Shown piece by piece: positions 1-9,163 of a stretch of 64,000 nt of DNA. Source of the DNA: Myxococcota bacterium (lineage in GTDB: Bacteria; Myxococcota_A; SURF-8; G963663525); the NCBI GenBank assembly GCA_963676915.2, contig CAXXVK010000072.1, positions 64,001 through 128,000 on the forward strand, in the 5' to 3' direction. Within the stretch, counting starts at the first letter, position 1. Each line of letters begins with the position of its first letter. The notes beneath the pieces were generated by a model. The model saw only the letters and a list, made by a program, of their open reading frames with translations. It made no database searches and was not told the origin of the DNA. The position numbers and the translations under genes are program-made.

Positions 1-250
1 GGTTAAAAAATTCGAGGAATGATCTTCATTGTTGCAATTTCTTTGTGAGCCGCTTTTTTCGTAAATTCACGCTTTTACACGAATTTCAAATCAATAATGG
101 GTGGACTTTTGAGGTTTTTTGCCTCAAAATTTCATTCTTGCCGCCGGTCGTCGATTATTGGGAAAGAGGCCAATTCGTAGAGCTTTCCGAATTCGTCTGC
201 CGGAGACATACGACGACGATTACAGGAATACAAAATTACAGGAGTTTCGA

Positions 251-2014
251 ATGTCCGCGCATTCCCGCTGGTTGACGCTTTTCGTCTTCGTGTTCGCACT
301 CGTCCCTCATATGGCTGCCGCCGATGTCATCTCCGCCGACCGGCGAGTGGATTGGAGTGTGGCCGGTTATCCGGGCGAGATTCCCCAACCGGCGAACCTC
401 GTGAACGTCACCGATTACGGTGCCTCCACCACTGGCAGCAGTTCCACCAACAGTGCGCTGTCGGCGGCGTTTTCCGCATTGGGTGGACAGCCGGGCGTGG
501 TGTACTTTCCTGCGGGAACCTACCTGTTTACGTCCACCGTTTCCATTCCTGCCGGGGTGGTGATACGGGGTACCTCAAGCCAATCCGTCACCCTGCAATT
601 CGACCTCAACGACGCGGCGGTCAACGCCTTTGCCGTTTCCGGCTCCAGTGGGTCGGGGTATATCGCGGTGCAATCCGGGTATACCAAAGGCTCCAGTACG
701 TTGACGGTCGCCGACGGCTCGGTTTTTCAGGCTGGCGATTACGGTGAATTACACGAAACTAATGGAAGCTGGGACACCAATCCTGCGGACTGGGCTGCTT
801 ATGCCGTGGGTCAAATCGTTAAAATCACTGCGGTAAACGGCAACACGTTAACACTCGATGCACCATTGCGTATCACCTATACCGCCAGCTTGAATCCCGA
901 AATCCGCAAACTACGCCCTAAAATGGATGTCGGTATCGAAACCCTGAAAATCAAGCGCATCGACAACCCGGAAGGCGCCGGGTACAACGTCGGTTTCGCA
1001 TATGCCGCCAACTGCTGGGTAAAAGGCATCGAGAGCGAGTACAGCGCCGGGTCACATGTCATGATCAACGCCAGCACCCGTATCGAAGTTACGGGCAACT
1101 ACATCCACCATGCCTTCGGTTACGACGGCAGCGGGACGCGAGGGTACGGCGTAACACTCAACAACCACGCCGGGGAATGCCTCGTTGCAAACAATGTTTT
1201 CAACCACTTGCGCCATGCGATGATGACTAAAATGGGCGCGAATGGCAACGTGGTGGCTTACAATTATTCGATCGACAATTACCGTTCCGAAACATTTCAC
1301 GATCTGGGCGGAGATATTTCGCTACATGGGCATTATTCCTATGCCAATCTGTTCGAAGGCAACATCGTCCAGACGATCATGACGGACCACTACTGGGGAC
1401 CGTCCGGTCCGTACAACACGTTTTTCCGTAACCGGACCGAACTGTATGGTTTGAACTTCACCAGCGCCACGGGGGGAGCCCAGGCGACCGCCAATCAGAA
1501 CATCGTCGGCAACGATATTACCAAAGACAATTACAGTTTCTTTTTCTATGTTGCATACGGCGGATATTACGAACCCCGAGGAAGCGGACATTTCGAATAC
1601 GGTAACCGAGTGGATGGCGACCTCACCCCCAGCAATACCGGTACTCTTACCGATGAGACCTATTATCTTACCGCAGGAGACGACACCTGCCACCTGGCCT
1701 CCACCTGGCCACCTATCGGTGTACCGCAAAGGGTTCAAATCCCACAACAATCGCGCCAAAGACCGTTGGAGCGCCGGAGGGGTGAAAACCTATTACGATC
1801 TCGTCGTCGATGCCGGAGAGGACAAGGTATCGGAAAACGGCCAGATGGTAGCCCTCGACGGCTTCGCTCGTGGCGGTTGGGGCAACCGAACCGTGCTCTG
1901 GGAACCGGCTACCGGGTTGGACGATCCCACGTCCCTGACTCCCCACGCTTTGCCATCCGAAACGACCACTTACCGGCTGACGGTTACGGACGGCTACGGC
2001 TGCCCGATCTATGA
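251..2014 (+). CDS. Secreted pectin-lyase-fold (GH28/GH55-like, Pectate_lyase_3) beta-helix protein, N-terminal part. The real frame likely shifts at ~1727 into ORF 1548..4190
   Basis: AGGAG SD at 240-244 and ATG at 251. Signal peptide (MSAHSRWLTLFVFVFALVPHMAAA), DWSVAG, VNVTDYGA and GVVYFPAGTY motifs, beta-helix repeats. After WPPIGVP (~1725) the translation becomes Arg-rich nonsense. Confidence 0.75.
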   Translation: MSAHSRWLTLFVFVFALVPHMAAADVISADRRVDWSVAGYPGEIPQPANLVNVTDYGASTTGSSSTNSALSAAFSALGGQPGVVYFPAGTYLFTSTVSIPAGVVIRGTSSQSVTLQFDLNDAAVNAFAVSGSSGSGYIAVQSGYTKGSSTLTVADGSVFQAGDYGELHETNGSWDTNPADWAAYAVGQIVKITAVNGNTLTLDAPLRITYTASLNPEIRKLRPKMDVGIETLKIKRIDNPEGAGYNVGFAYAANCWVKGIESEYSAGSHVMINASTRIEVTGNYIHHAFGYDGSGTRGYGVTLNNHAGECLVANNVFNHLRHAMMTKMGANGNVVAYNYSIDNYRSETFHDLGGDISLHGHYSYANLFEGNIVQTIMTDHYWGPSGPYNTFFRNRTELYGLNFTSATGGAQATANQNIVGNDITKDNYSFFFYVAYGGYYEPRGSGHFEYGNRVDGDLTPSNTGTLTDETYYLTAGDDTCHLASTWPPIGVPQRVQIPQQSRQRPLERRRGENLLRSRRRCRRGQGIGKRPDGSPRRLRSWRLGQPNRALGTGYRVGRSHVPDSPRFAIRNDHLPADGYGRLRLPDL

Positions 2015-4190
2015 CGAAGTGGAAGTGCGGGTTACAGGAACCGTTGAAACACCTGAAATTTCGCCACCTTCGGGCACGTACGGCACGCTTTTCAATTTCA
2101 GTGCAAGTTGTGCAACGCCACAAAGCACTCTCTATTACACAACCAATGGTTCGGACCCCACCCAAAGCTCGACGCCGTACGTTTCTCCGATTCCCATTTC
2201 GGAAACGGTAACGATCAAAGTTCGTGCTTTTCGCGAGGGATGGGAGCCAAGCGCTATCGCTACGGCAAGCTATGTCTTTGAAGATACGAACGAATGCGAG
2301 GAAGGAACCGACACTTGCGACTCCCACGCCGCCTGTGTCAACACCGTTGGTGGGTACGATTGCTATTGTCTCGAAGGATTCGACGGCGATGGGTATAGCT
2401 GTAGTCCCATCTGCGGTGACGATATTGTGGTAGATGGCGAAGACTGCGACGACGGCAACCGAAACGATGGCGACTGCTGCGACTCGGATTGTCATTTCGA
2501 ACCGATGACCGTGGTATGTCGTGCCGCTGCCGATACTTGCGATGCAGCGGAAACCTGCACGGGGACTTCCGGCACCTGTCCGATCGATACGTTCCAGCCT
2601 GAAGGAACGATCTGCGGTTCCGGTCCGGCCGCATGTTCTGCACAAGACGCCTGCGACGGTTCCGGCAACTGTCTGCCTCACGATTTCGCCGACAACACCC
2701 CTTGCGACGACGGCAACGCCTGCACCATCGAGGATGCGTGTTCATCCACGGTTTGTGCAGGAATTCCACGCACCTGCGAGGATGACAACGAGTGCACGTC
2801 GAACCAGTGCAACCCGACTGAAGGCTGCTATTTCGATCCCGTCTCCGATGGCACTTCCTGCAACGATGCCGATGCCTGCACGGTAGAAGATGCCTGCCTG
2901 GCAGGAGAATGCCGAGGAAATACAAGAAATTGCGACGACGAAAACCCCTGCACCTCCGACAGCTGCGACTCTATGCAAGGTTGCCTACACGATGATCTCG
3001 CCGACGACACCGTATGTAGCGATCAAGACGCCTGTACGGCAGATGACGTTTGCCGGTCGGGCGAATGTCTGGGAACTACCGTGGAATGCGACGATTCGAA
3101 CCCCTGCACCACGGAATATTGCGATACGGAGCAAGGCTGCCTGTACGAAAATATTCCCGACGACAGCAGTTGCGACGATGACAATGCCTGCACGGTGGCG
3201 GATGCCTGTTTGAGCGGGGAATGTTATGGCGAGACGAGAGATTGCAACGACGACAACACCTGCACCTCCGACTCCTGCGATCCTGTGCAAGGTTGCCAGA
3301 ACGAGAATCTTCCCGACGAAACGGCATGTGACGACGAGGACGCCTGCACCGTCGAGGATGCCTGCTTCGCCGGAGAATGTCTTGGAAATACAAGGGATTG
3401 CGATGACGATAATCCCTGCACCATCAATGGCTGTGACGTGCAGGAAGGTTGCCAGTCCGAAAGTCTTCCCGACTGGACCAGTTGCGATAGTGCTTCGGAG
3501 GGGGATTTCCAGTGCGTCGATGGACAGTGCTTGTCCATCAGTGACGGCGAGCAGTGTGTGCGACCGATTTCGTTGGAAGTCGGAGTACCGATGGCGCTGA
3601 CCACCGAAGGATTTCTCGATACTTACGCCGAGCACCCTCCGTGCCTGACGCTTTCGACCCTCGGCCCCGAAGTCTTTTTCGAAGTGCAGCCGGAGGCCGG
3701 TGAATATCGGGTAACCCTCACTCCCGATGAGAGTTTCAACCCGGTGCTGTTGCTGTTGGACGAATGTGCGCCTCAAACGTGCCCGACGATCGTAAACGCC
3801 GGAAATTCCGGTGAAATCGAGCAGTTCGCTCCTGTTATCATCGACGAAGATAGCACTTCGCTGCTGCTTGTGGTCGATTCCACCGATCCGACCGAGGTTG
3901 GGGCATTTACCATTCTGTTCGAGAAAATCGAAGCCGTGGACGGCGACATGGATGAGGAAGCCCTGGAAGCCGAAGAAGAATTTCCCGCCGACGAAGATGC
4001 GGATACCTTCGATGAACCATGGGAACAGGAAGATGTTTCCGAGGAAGATTTTGAAGGAGAAGACGAATTCGCAGAACTCGAAATCGAAGTGACAGCCGAG
4101 GAGGAGCTTTCGGGCGAAGCGGACGTTGCCGAAATCACGGAAGAAGACGCAGACGAGGGCGGCAGGAGATCCCGGTACAGGTGGCGATGA
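1548..4190 (+). CDS. Middle part of the same large surface protein: PKD/Ig-like, Fn3-associated (CHB_HEX_C-like), Ca-EGF, myxobacterial Cys-rich and disintegrin-like, Cys/Asp tandem repeats, PPC-like domain, acidic linker
   Basis: VDAGED...TTTYRLTVTD; TPEISPPSGTY...YYTTNGSDPT...TIKVRAF; DTNECEEGTDTCDSHAACVNTVGGYDCYCLEGFDGDG; CGDDIVVDGEDCDDGN; CDAAETCTG. Sensible protein from ~1730 to ~4158. Confidence 0.75.
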   Translation: MLHTADITNPEEADISNTVTEWMATSPPAIPVLLPMRPIILPQETTPATWPPPGHLSVYRKGFKSHNNRAKDRWSAGGVKTYYDLVVDAGEDKVSENGQMVALDGFARGGWGNRTVLWEPATGLDDPTSLTPHALPSETTTYRLTVTDGYGCPIYDEVEVRVTGTVETPEISPPSGTYGTLFNFSASCATPQSTLYYTTNGSDPTQSSTPYVSPIPISETVTIKVRAFREGWEPSAIATASYVFEDTNECEEGTDTCDSHAACVNTVGGYDCYCLEGFDGDGYSCSPICGDDIVVDGEDCDDGNRNDGDCCDSDCHFEPMTVVCRAAADTCDAAETCTGTSGTCPIDTFQPEGTICGSGPAACSAQDACDGSGNCLPHDFADNTPCDDGNACTIEDACSSTVCAGIPRTCEDDNECTSNQCNPTEGCYFDPVSDGTSCNDADACTVEDACLAGECRGNTRNCDDENPCTSDSCDSMQGCLHDDLADDTVCSDQDACTADDVCRSGECLGTTVECDDSNPCTTEYCDTEQGCLYENIPDDSSCDDDNACTVADACLSGECYGETRDCNDDNTCTSDSCDPVQGCQNENLPDETACDDEDACTVEDACFAGECLGNTRDCDDDNPCTINGCDVQEGCQSESLPDWTSCDSASEGDFQCVDGQCLSISDGEQCVRPISLEVGVPMALTTEGFLDTYAEHPPCLTLSTLGPEVFFEVQPEAGEYRVTLTPDESFNPVLLLLDECAPQTCPTIVNAGNSGEIEQFAPVIIDEDSTSLLLVVDSTDPTEVGAFTILFEKIEAVDGDMDEEALEAEEEFPADEDADTFDEPWEQEDVSEEDFEGEDEFAELEIEVTAEEELSGEADVAEITEEDADEGGRRSRYRWR
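2703..3482 (+). repeat. Five intragenic tandem repeats of 156 nt (52 aa; CDDxxACTxxDxC...CDDxNxCTxxxC)
   Basis: Equivalent Cys codons at 2703, 2859, 3015, 3171, 3327 and 3483 give an exact 156-nt period. Confidence 0.9.
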
Positions 4191-4332
4191 AGACGTGCAC
4201 CCCGGCGTGATCGACGACGGCTGCCACACGGTTCCCGTAGATTTTCGAAGTGGAATTTTGTGGATCAGTCTTTTCCTGCTGGGATTCGGTCTGCGGTTTC
4301 GCTGGAATCGACGCAGTTTGAAACGAGATTGA
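4126..4332 (+). CDS. C-terminal sorting tail (MYXO-CTERM-like) of the 251..4332 protein, out of frame from ~4158
   Basis: AAGDPGTGGDED...DDGC, then hydrophobic ILWISLFLLGFGL, then basic RFRWNRR. Confidence 0.65.
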   Translation: MPKSRKKTQTRAAGDPGTGGDEDVHPGVIDDGCHTVPVDFRSGILWISLFLLGFGLRFRWNRRSLKRD

Positions 4333-4342
4333 ATGATTTGAC

Positions 4343-4414
4343 AAGGTCGGGTGATTTTCACCCGACACTTTTCAAACCATCATCCCTATTGTCGGACGAA
4401 ATCACCCGACCTAC
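4343..4414. repeat. REP doublet (REPIN-like), GTAGGTCGGG family
   Basis: AAGGTCGGGTGATTTTCACCCGACA plus inverted copy TGTCGGACGAAATCACCCGACCTAC, between convergent genes. Confidence 0.8.
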
Positions 4415-4436
4415 TTGTGACTATTCCGATAGACTA

Positions 4437-6293
4437 TTAAGCGGGATTGGGTTCGTCGTCCTCTTTCGGTCGACGTAATGGAATGTCGAAGTAAAACACG
4501 CTTCCCTCTCCAGGCTTGGATTCTACGCTAATGTGCCCGCCGTGAATTTCGACGATGTCCTTGGAAATCGACAAGCCCAGTCCGGTGCCGCCTTTCTTGC
4601 GACGGTTCGAAGAGTCCAACTGCTGGAATTTCTGGAATAATTTGTGTTTCTGTTCCTCGGGAATCCCCGGTCCTTGATCGTGTACGGACACCTTTAGCCG
4701 GTCATTATCAATGATTTGCTGTTCTACACGGACTTCCGCACCTTTTGGTGAGAATTTTACGGCATTGGATACAAGGTTGGTGATGACCTGCACCATTCGA
4801 TCGTGATCGACTTCGGCAACGACAGGTTGTACCGAACACGTCAAGCAGACTTCGGCTTCTTCAGCCATGGACTGTAATCCATCCAACGTGGATTGTATGA
4901 GTTTGCCGATGTCCTCAGGTTCGAAGAAAAACTCCTGTTTGCCGGATTCGATTTTTTCGATATCCAGAATGTCGTTGATCAGTCGGATCAATCGGTCGGT
5001 GTTACCCAACGCCATACGAACGATTCCCGAAGCTTTTTCCGGCAATGTTCCCAGTACTCCACCATTGAGCAATCCCAAGGATCCTTTGATCGCTGTAAGT
5101 GGCGTCCGCAATTCGTGGCTGACGATGGAGATGAACTCGTTTTTCATCCGGTCGATTTCTTTGCGCTCGGAAATATCTCTAAAAATTCCACGAGTTGCAA
5201 AAGGTTGTCCTGCTTCGTATTTGCAAGTAATGCTGCCTTCCACAGGGATTTCCCTGCCGGATTTGGAACGGAAAACCGCTTCGACACGATCCAGCTTTTC
5301 TCCCTGCATCACTTTTTGGAAAGATTCAATGCAATGGTCTTTCGATTCTTCGGAAATGAAATCATCCAAACGAACGTTGCCGTTTAAAATCTCCTGACGG
5401 TCGTATTCCATTGCCTGGCACCATGCTCGGTTGGCATAGCTCAAGCGGCCTTCCACATCGACCATTTGAATCAGGTCGTTGGCGTTTTCGAAAAGATCCC
5501 GATATCGCTTTTCACTTTCCATCAGTGCCTGTTCCGTTTTGCGACGTTCGGTAATATCGCGCAAAACTCCTGCAAACACCACCCGTTCGTTCAATTCCAT
5601 TTTATTGACGGTCAATTCCAGCGGAAAAATCGAATCGTCTTTTCGCTTTCCTTCCACTTCATGCCCTGCACCTACGACTTTGGAATCTCGATGGTCCATG
5701 TACCGAGCAATAAATTTATCGTGTTTTTCGGCAATGTGATAGGGCATGAGAATCTTAACGTTTTTTCCTAAAATTTCCTTTTCGGAATAGCCGAACATCC
5801 GTTGAGCAGCCGGATTGAAGCGCTCGATGATTCCTTCCGAATTGATGGATACGATGCCGTCCACCACCGTCTCGACAAAGGTTCTCATCCGCTTTTCGCT
5901 GTCTTGAAGCAAGCGTTCGTTGAGTTTGCGTGTGGTGATATCGTAAGCGATGGAAGATATGCCCAGAGCCTCTCCCTTGTCTCCATAAATCAGAGAAAGC
6001 GTTAAAGCGACTTCCACCTTGGAGCCGTCGTGACAGATACGAACGGTTTCGAATGGCTCTACATGTAGACCCACCGAAAGACGGTTGTAAAGGCTTTCGA
6101 GTTCCTCCCGTAGCTCTTTAGGAACCAGCACCATGGCGCTTTGGCCTAGCATTTCCTCTTCGGTGTAGCCGAACAGCCGTTCAGCGGCTGCATTCCAGAT
6201 TTGAATTTCACCGTCCAGCGATTCGGCGATAATGGCGTCGTTGGAGCTTTCCACAATGGCGGCGAAGCGGCGGATCTCTTCCCGAGCCTGCAT
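4437..6293 (-). CDS. Multi-PAS sensor histidine kinase, C-terminal part (3 PAS + HisKA + HATPase)
   Basis: H-box EFISIVSHELRTPL, N-box QVITNLVSNAVKFS, G1 DQGPGI, G2 GGTGLGLSI, and three PAS/PAC repeats. Confidence 0.9.
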   Translation of the reverse strand: MQAREEIRRFAAIVESSNDAIIAESLDGEIQIWNAAAERLFGYTEEEMLGQSAMVLVPKELREELESLYNRLSVGLHVEPFETVRICHDGSKVEVALTLSLIYGDKGEALGISSIAYDITTRKLNERLLQDSEKRMRTFVETVVDGIVSINSEGIIERFNPAAQRMFGYSEKEILGKNVKILMPYHIAEKHDKFIARYMDHRDSKVVGAGHEVEGKRKDDSIFPLELTVNKMELNERVVFAGVLRDITERRKTEQALMESEKRYRDLFENANDLIQMVDVEGRLSYANRAWCQAMEYDRQEILNGNVRLDDFISEESKDHCIESFQKVMQGEKLDRVEAVFRSKSGREIPVEGSITCKYEAGQPFATRGIFRDISERKEIDRMKNEFISIVSHELRTPLTAIKGSLGLLNGGVLGTLPEKASGIVRMALGNTDRLIRLINDILDIEKIESGKQEFFFEPEDIGKLIQSTLDGLQSMAEEAEVCLTCSVQPVVAEVDHDRMVQVITNLVSNAVKFSPKGAEVRVEQQIIDNDRLKVSVHDQGPGIPEEQKHKLFQKFQQLDSSNRRKKGGTGLGLSISKDIVEIHGGHISVESKPGEGSVFYFDIPLRRPKEDDEPNPA

Positions 6294-6319
6294 ATGTGAA
6301 GTGATGTCCTGCGCTACTC

Positions 6320-7126
6320 CTAAAAAGCCCGAAATTCCCCGAGTTCATCTCGTAAAGCCGTTATCGACAATCGCACGGGAAAGGACGTTCCATCCTGGCG
6401 AATCAACGTCCATTCATGCTCGTCAGGCATTCCCATCAAGGCTCGAACCGTAAATACTTCCAAACCGGGTTCTACGACACTTCCCAACTCTTCCGTAAGC
6501 ATCTGAGCCCGCATTAGGATTTCGTCTGGGTCGTGGAACAAGGTCCAGAATTCTTCATCCATGACGTCTTGTGCGGAAACTCCCAGTTTTCTTTCGCTCG
6601 TACGATTGAAAACCTTGATTCTTCCCGATTCATCCGTCGAGAAAATCATATAGTTCGTGCTGTCCAGAATGGCCTGATACAGCGTTTCATCCGCGTTTTT
6701 CTGGAAAAAATGCTTTACCGCCGTAATGTCGCGCAAAACGATGTAGGTTTCGTTTTCCACAACACGAGTATGCCATTCCATCCATTTATACATACCGTCT
6801 TGGCAACGAAACCGATTTTCGAATTTTACAACGCGACCTCCAGGCAAAACCTGGCGTATTTCTTCAGAGGTTCTTTCACGGTCTTTGGGATGTACGAAAT
6901 CAAGCAGGGGTTTGGAAAGCAGCTCTTCTTGTGAATGGCCGAAAGCTTTGCAAAATGCGGGATTGACTTCTTTCAAATAGCCATCGTTCCCGATGATGCC
7001 AAACGAATCCATGGCCATCTGGAAAAAGTGATCGGTTTCTCGATCCGAACGCATACCTTTACCCATTCTTGCTTGGACCCCTTTGAACAGTGACCCTTTT
7101 GCAATGTTATTAACCTTTTTTCTCAT
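6320..7126 (-). CDS. N-terminal two-PAS part of the same kinase (1-nt frameshift at ~6333; exact start uncertain)
   Basis: PAS motifs VNPAF...FVHPKDR and LIRQDGTSFPVRLSITALRD. Adding 1 nt restores the PAC ending GEISGFLGVAQDIT in frame with MQAR of 4437..6293. Confidence 0.8.
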   Translation of the reverse strand: MRKKVNNIAKGSLFKGVQARMGKGMRSDRETDHFFQMAMDSFGIIGNDGYLKEVNPAFCKAFGHSQEELLSKPLLDFVHPKDRERTSEEIRQVLPGGRVVKFENRFRCQDGMYKWMEWHTRVVENETYIVLRDITAVKHFFQKNADETLYQAILDSTNYMIFSTDESGRIKVFNRTSERKLGVSAQDVMDEEFWTLFHDPDEILMRAQMLTEELGSVVEPGLEVFTVRALMGMPDEHEWTLIRQDGTSFPVRLSITALRDELGEFRAF

Positions 7127-7173
7127 ACAATTGTATTGAAAGCCCCATATTTTTTTCTTTTTTCATCCATTCC

Positions 7174-7246
7174 TGTCGAATTCTCGACACGGAAAAAAAT
7201 TGTCAAAACCCGAGGCGCTTTTTTCAGCAACTGACAAAAAGTGTCA
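7174..7246. promoter_or_regulatory. Palindromic operators, candidate sigma-54 activator (bEBP) sites
   Basis: TGTCGA-ATTC-TCGACA (7174-7189) and TGACA-AAAAG-TGTCA (7232-7246), ~165-235 bp upstream of a -24/-12 motif. Confidence 0.5.
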
Positions 7247-7409
7247 ATTCCACTGTATATAACCTTAAAAATCACCTGTTCAAGCCATTTACATCTACTG
7301 TTTAGGGCTGTTTTGATGCTGATGCATTATTTCTCGGATTTGGCTAAAATACATTAAATATCTATTGTTATGCTGCAAGAATTAACTAAAAAGTCAATGA
7401 AACAAAACA

Positions 7410-7425
7410 TGGCACGGTTGATGCA
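7410..7425 (+). promoter_or_regulatory. Sigma-54 (-24/-12) promoter
   Basis: TGGCACGGTTGATGCA has GG-N10-GC spacing and is close to the consensus TGGCACGNNNNTTGCW. Confidence 0.7.
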
Positions 7426-7435
7426 ATTTCAAAGA

Positions 7436-7611
7436 GCATCGTTACTTTGAAACAAAAATCGCTCTTTCCAAACCGGATGACATCGACGCGGAACCTTTGG
7501 TTTCGCTGTGAATATCGTGTGTGACTCTGCCAAAGCCAAGGGGACGTGGGTAAGCAGGTAGCAGCTATAAGGGGGGAACCCCGCCTCAAATGAGGCGGGG
7601 TAATTTTTTTT
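7436..7611 (+). ncRNA. Candidate sigma-54-dependent small RNA (~175 nt)
   Basis: Lies between the sigma-54 promoter and a strong intrinsic terminator. No sizeable + strand ORF. Not matched to a known family. Confidence 0.4.
7578..7611 (+). terminator. Intrinsic terminator, possibly also serving the convergent transporter gene
   Basis: ACCCCGCCTCA-AA-TGAGGCGGGGT hairpin followed by AATTTTTTTT. Confidence 0.8.
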
Positions 7612-7656
7612 GTTCCAAACAGAGAGAACCTTTGAAACGCTTTTTTTAGGGCTTGT

Positions 7657-8682
7657 TCACATTCCGAACGCTAGCATTGTCGCTCCGACCAACAAACCGA
7701 CCACGAAGTTGATTGCCTTGACTTTCAGGAATCCCATTCGGGAATTGGCCAACAGGGGAAGCAGTCCGTGGCCATCCTGCACGATGGAACTTGTTACGAG
7801 AATGCTTAGTGGAATGCTGCCGGTCGCGAAAAGCGACACGAAAATCAAATGAGGACCGGACTCGGGTAAAAGTCCCAACATTGCAGCGAATAGAAGCACC
7901 AGCCAGACATTCGAACGAACCACATTGTCCAAATGGAAATAATGATCCAGAAGATGTACACCACCGATCACTACAACGGCCCAGAAAAAGAGTCGAGGCA
8001 GATGGGATTTGACGACGTGCTCCCAAACGTGGTCTTCAAGGAAATGGTCGGAAACCGTAGCCAGCACCAGCAACGTCAACCCACTTACAACCAGAATCGT
8101 AACGGTGACCCACAACGGTGCTTCGTGTCCGATGCGACCGGTTGCGATGGCCAGCGCATAGAGCGACAGGACGAAAAACGGAATCCCTCTGGCAGGAGAC
8201 AAGTTACGGATTTCTTTCAAGGTTTGCTTGTCCGGCAAAATTTTAAGGGCATACTCTTTATGGACGTGCAACTCGTGACAGTATTTTGAGTCGTCTTCGG
8301 TTTTCCGTGTAAAAAGTAGGTCGGTCAACGCGCCACTTGCAATTCCCAACACAAAAAGCCCGCCGAAAAGCCACAGAGCCGTTTCGGGAACCATTCCCAG
8401 CATCACGAAAGATTCATCGCCGGAGGTTGCGATCATACATGCCACAACCGCGCCGAGACTGACCAGCCGGTGTGTGTAAAGAGTTACCAGGGTAAATGCG
8501 CCCAGGCATCCGGGAATTATCCCCAGAAACGCAGCGAGGCCGTATTGCATCCAGCGAGATTTCCCCAGCCCCGATTGCAGACGTCCCAGTGTAATGACAT
8601 TAATATACTCTACGAGAATCATCATGGTGGCCACGAATCCCGTGACCATCAAGGCATGTTCGCCCAATTCGAAAAGTTCCAT
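7657..8682 (-). CDS. Putative manganese/metal transporter (DUF2899-like integral membrane protein)
   Basis: LGIIPGCLGAF, ATSGDESFVML, PESGPHLIF and IVQDGHG motifs, ~9-10 TM segments, His-containing loop CHELHVH. ATG at 8682 with GAGG SD. Confidence 0.75.
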   Translation of the reverse strand: MELFELGEHALMVTGFVATMMILVEYINVITLGRLQSGLGKSRWMQYGLAAFLGIIPGCLGAFTLVTLYTHRLVSLGAVVACMIATSGDESFVMLGMVPETALWLFGGLFVLGIASGALTDLLFTRKTEDDSKYCHELHVHKEYALKILPDKQTLKEIRNLSPARGIPFFVLSLYALAIATGRIGHEAPLWVTVTILVVSGLTLLVLATVSDHFLEDHVWEHVVKSHLPRLFFWAVVVIGGVHLLDHYFHLDNVVRSNVWLVLLFAAMLGLLPESGPHLIFVSLFATGSIPLSILVTSSIVQDGHGLLPLLANSRMGFLKVKAINFVVGLLVGATMLAFGM

Positions 8683-9163
8683 GGAAACCTCAATATTGTT
8701 TTCCTTTGTTTCGCCAGTAGATAATAGGACGACCTTCAGGAAAAACAAGCGGGACAATGGTTCCATTCAGAAATTTTCTCTTTTTTTTCCATAACTTCGG
8801 TGCGTTCCAACAATCGGCTCAAGAGTATTGATCTTGTGTAAGGAGTGTGTTAGGCTTCACTTACTGGAGGGAGAATCCTGGAGTTCTTCTCGTGTTTTCG
8901 TTATTTAGGGGCGATAAGACCGAAACCACGTCATATTAACTATCAACTCCGCATTCAAGCTTCCGAGCGGCCATCCGTTCCCACAAGCTTTCGATTCGTC
9001 GCCGCCTTCCGGTTGAAAGTCACCTTGACGCCGGTCCATTTTTGTTTGTTTCACGAGTTTTGAAACCGGACCCAAGGCATACCCGCCGTGTCGGTGCATC
9101 GCGCTTGGAGGTGGAATCTCGTTTGCCAGGCGGAACATTGACTAGCAGTGGAAAGGAGTTGGA

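Noticed and set aside
2703-3482. Regularly spaced repeats as a possible CRISPR array
   Set aside because: They are in-frame, degenerate 156-nt coding repeats with no identical repeat/unique spacer pattern, and there are no cas genes.
7520-7575. Resemblance to a c-di-GMP-I riboswitch (CAAAGCC...GGTAGC)
   Set aside because: The GGCAAA/GNRA P2 elements are missing and there is no downstream gene on that strand.
8690-9160. yybP-ykoY (Mn) or lysine riboswitch between the transporter and the KamA-like gene
   Set aside because: I could not find the conserved cores by eye, only a weak CAAGA-N7-TCTTG palindrome at 8820-8836. An Rfam scan would be decisive.
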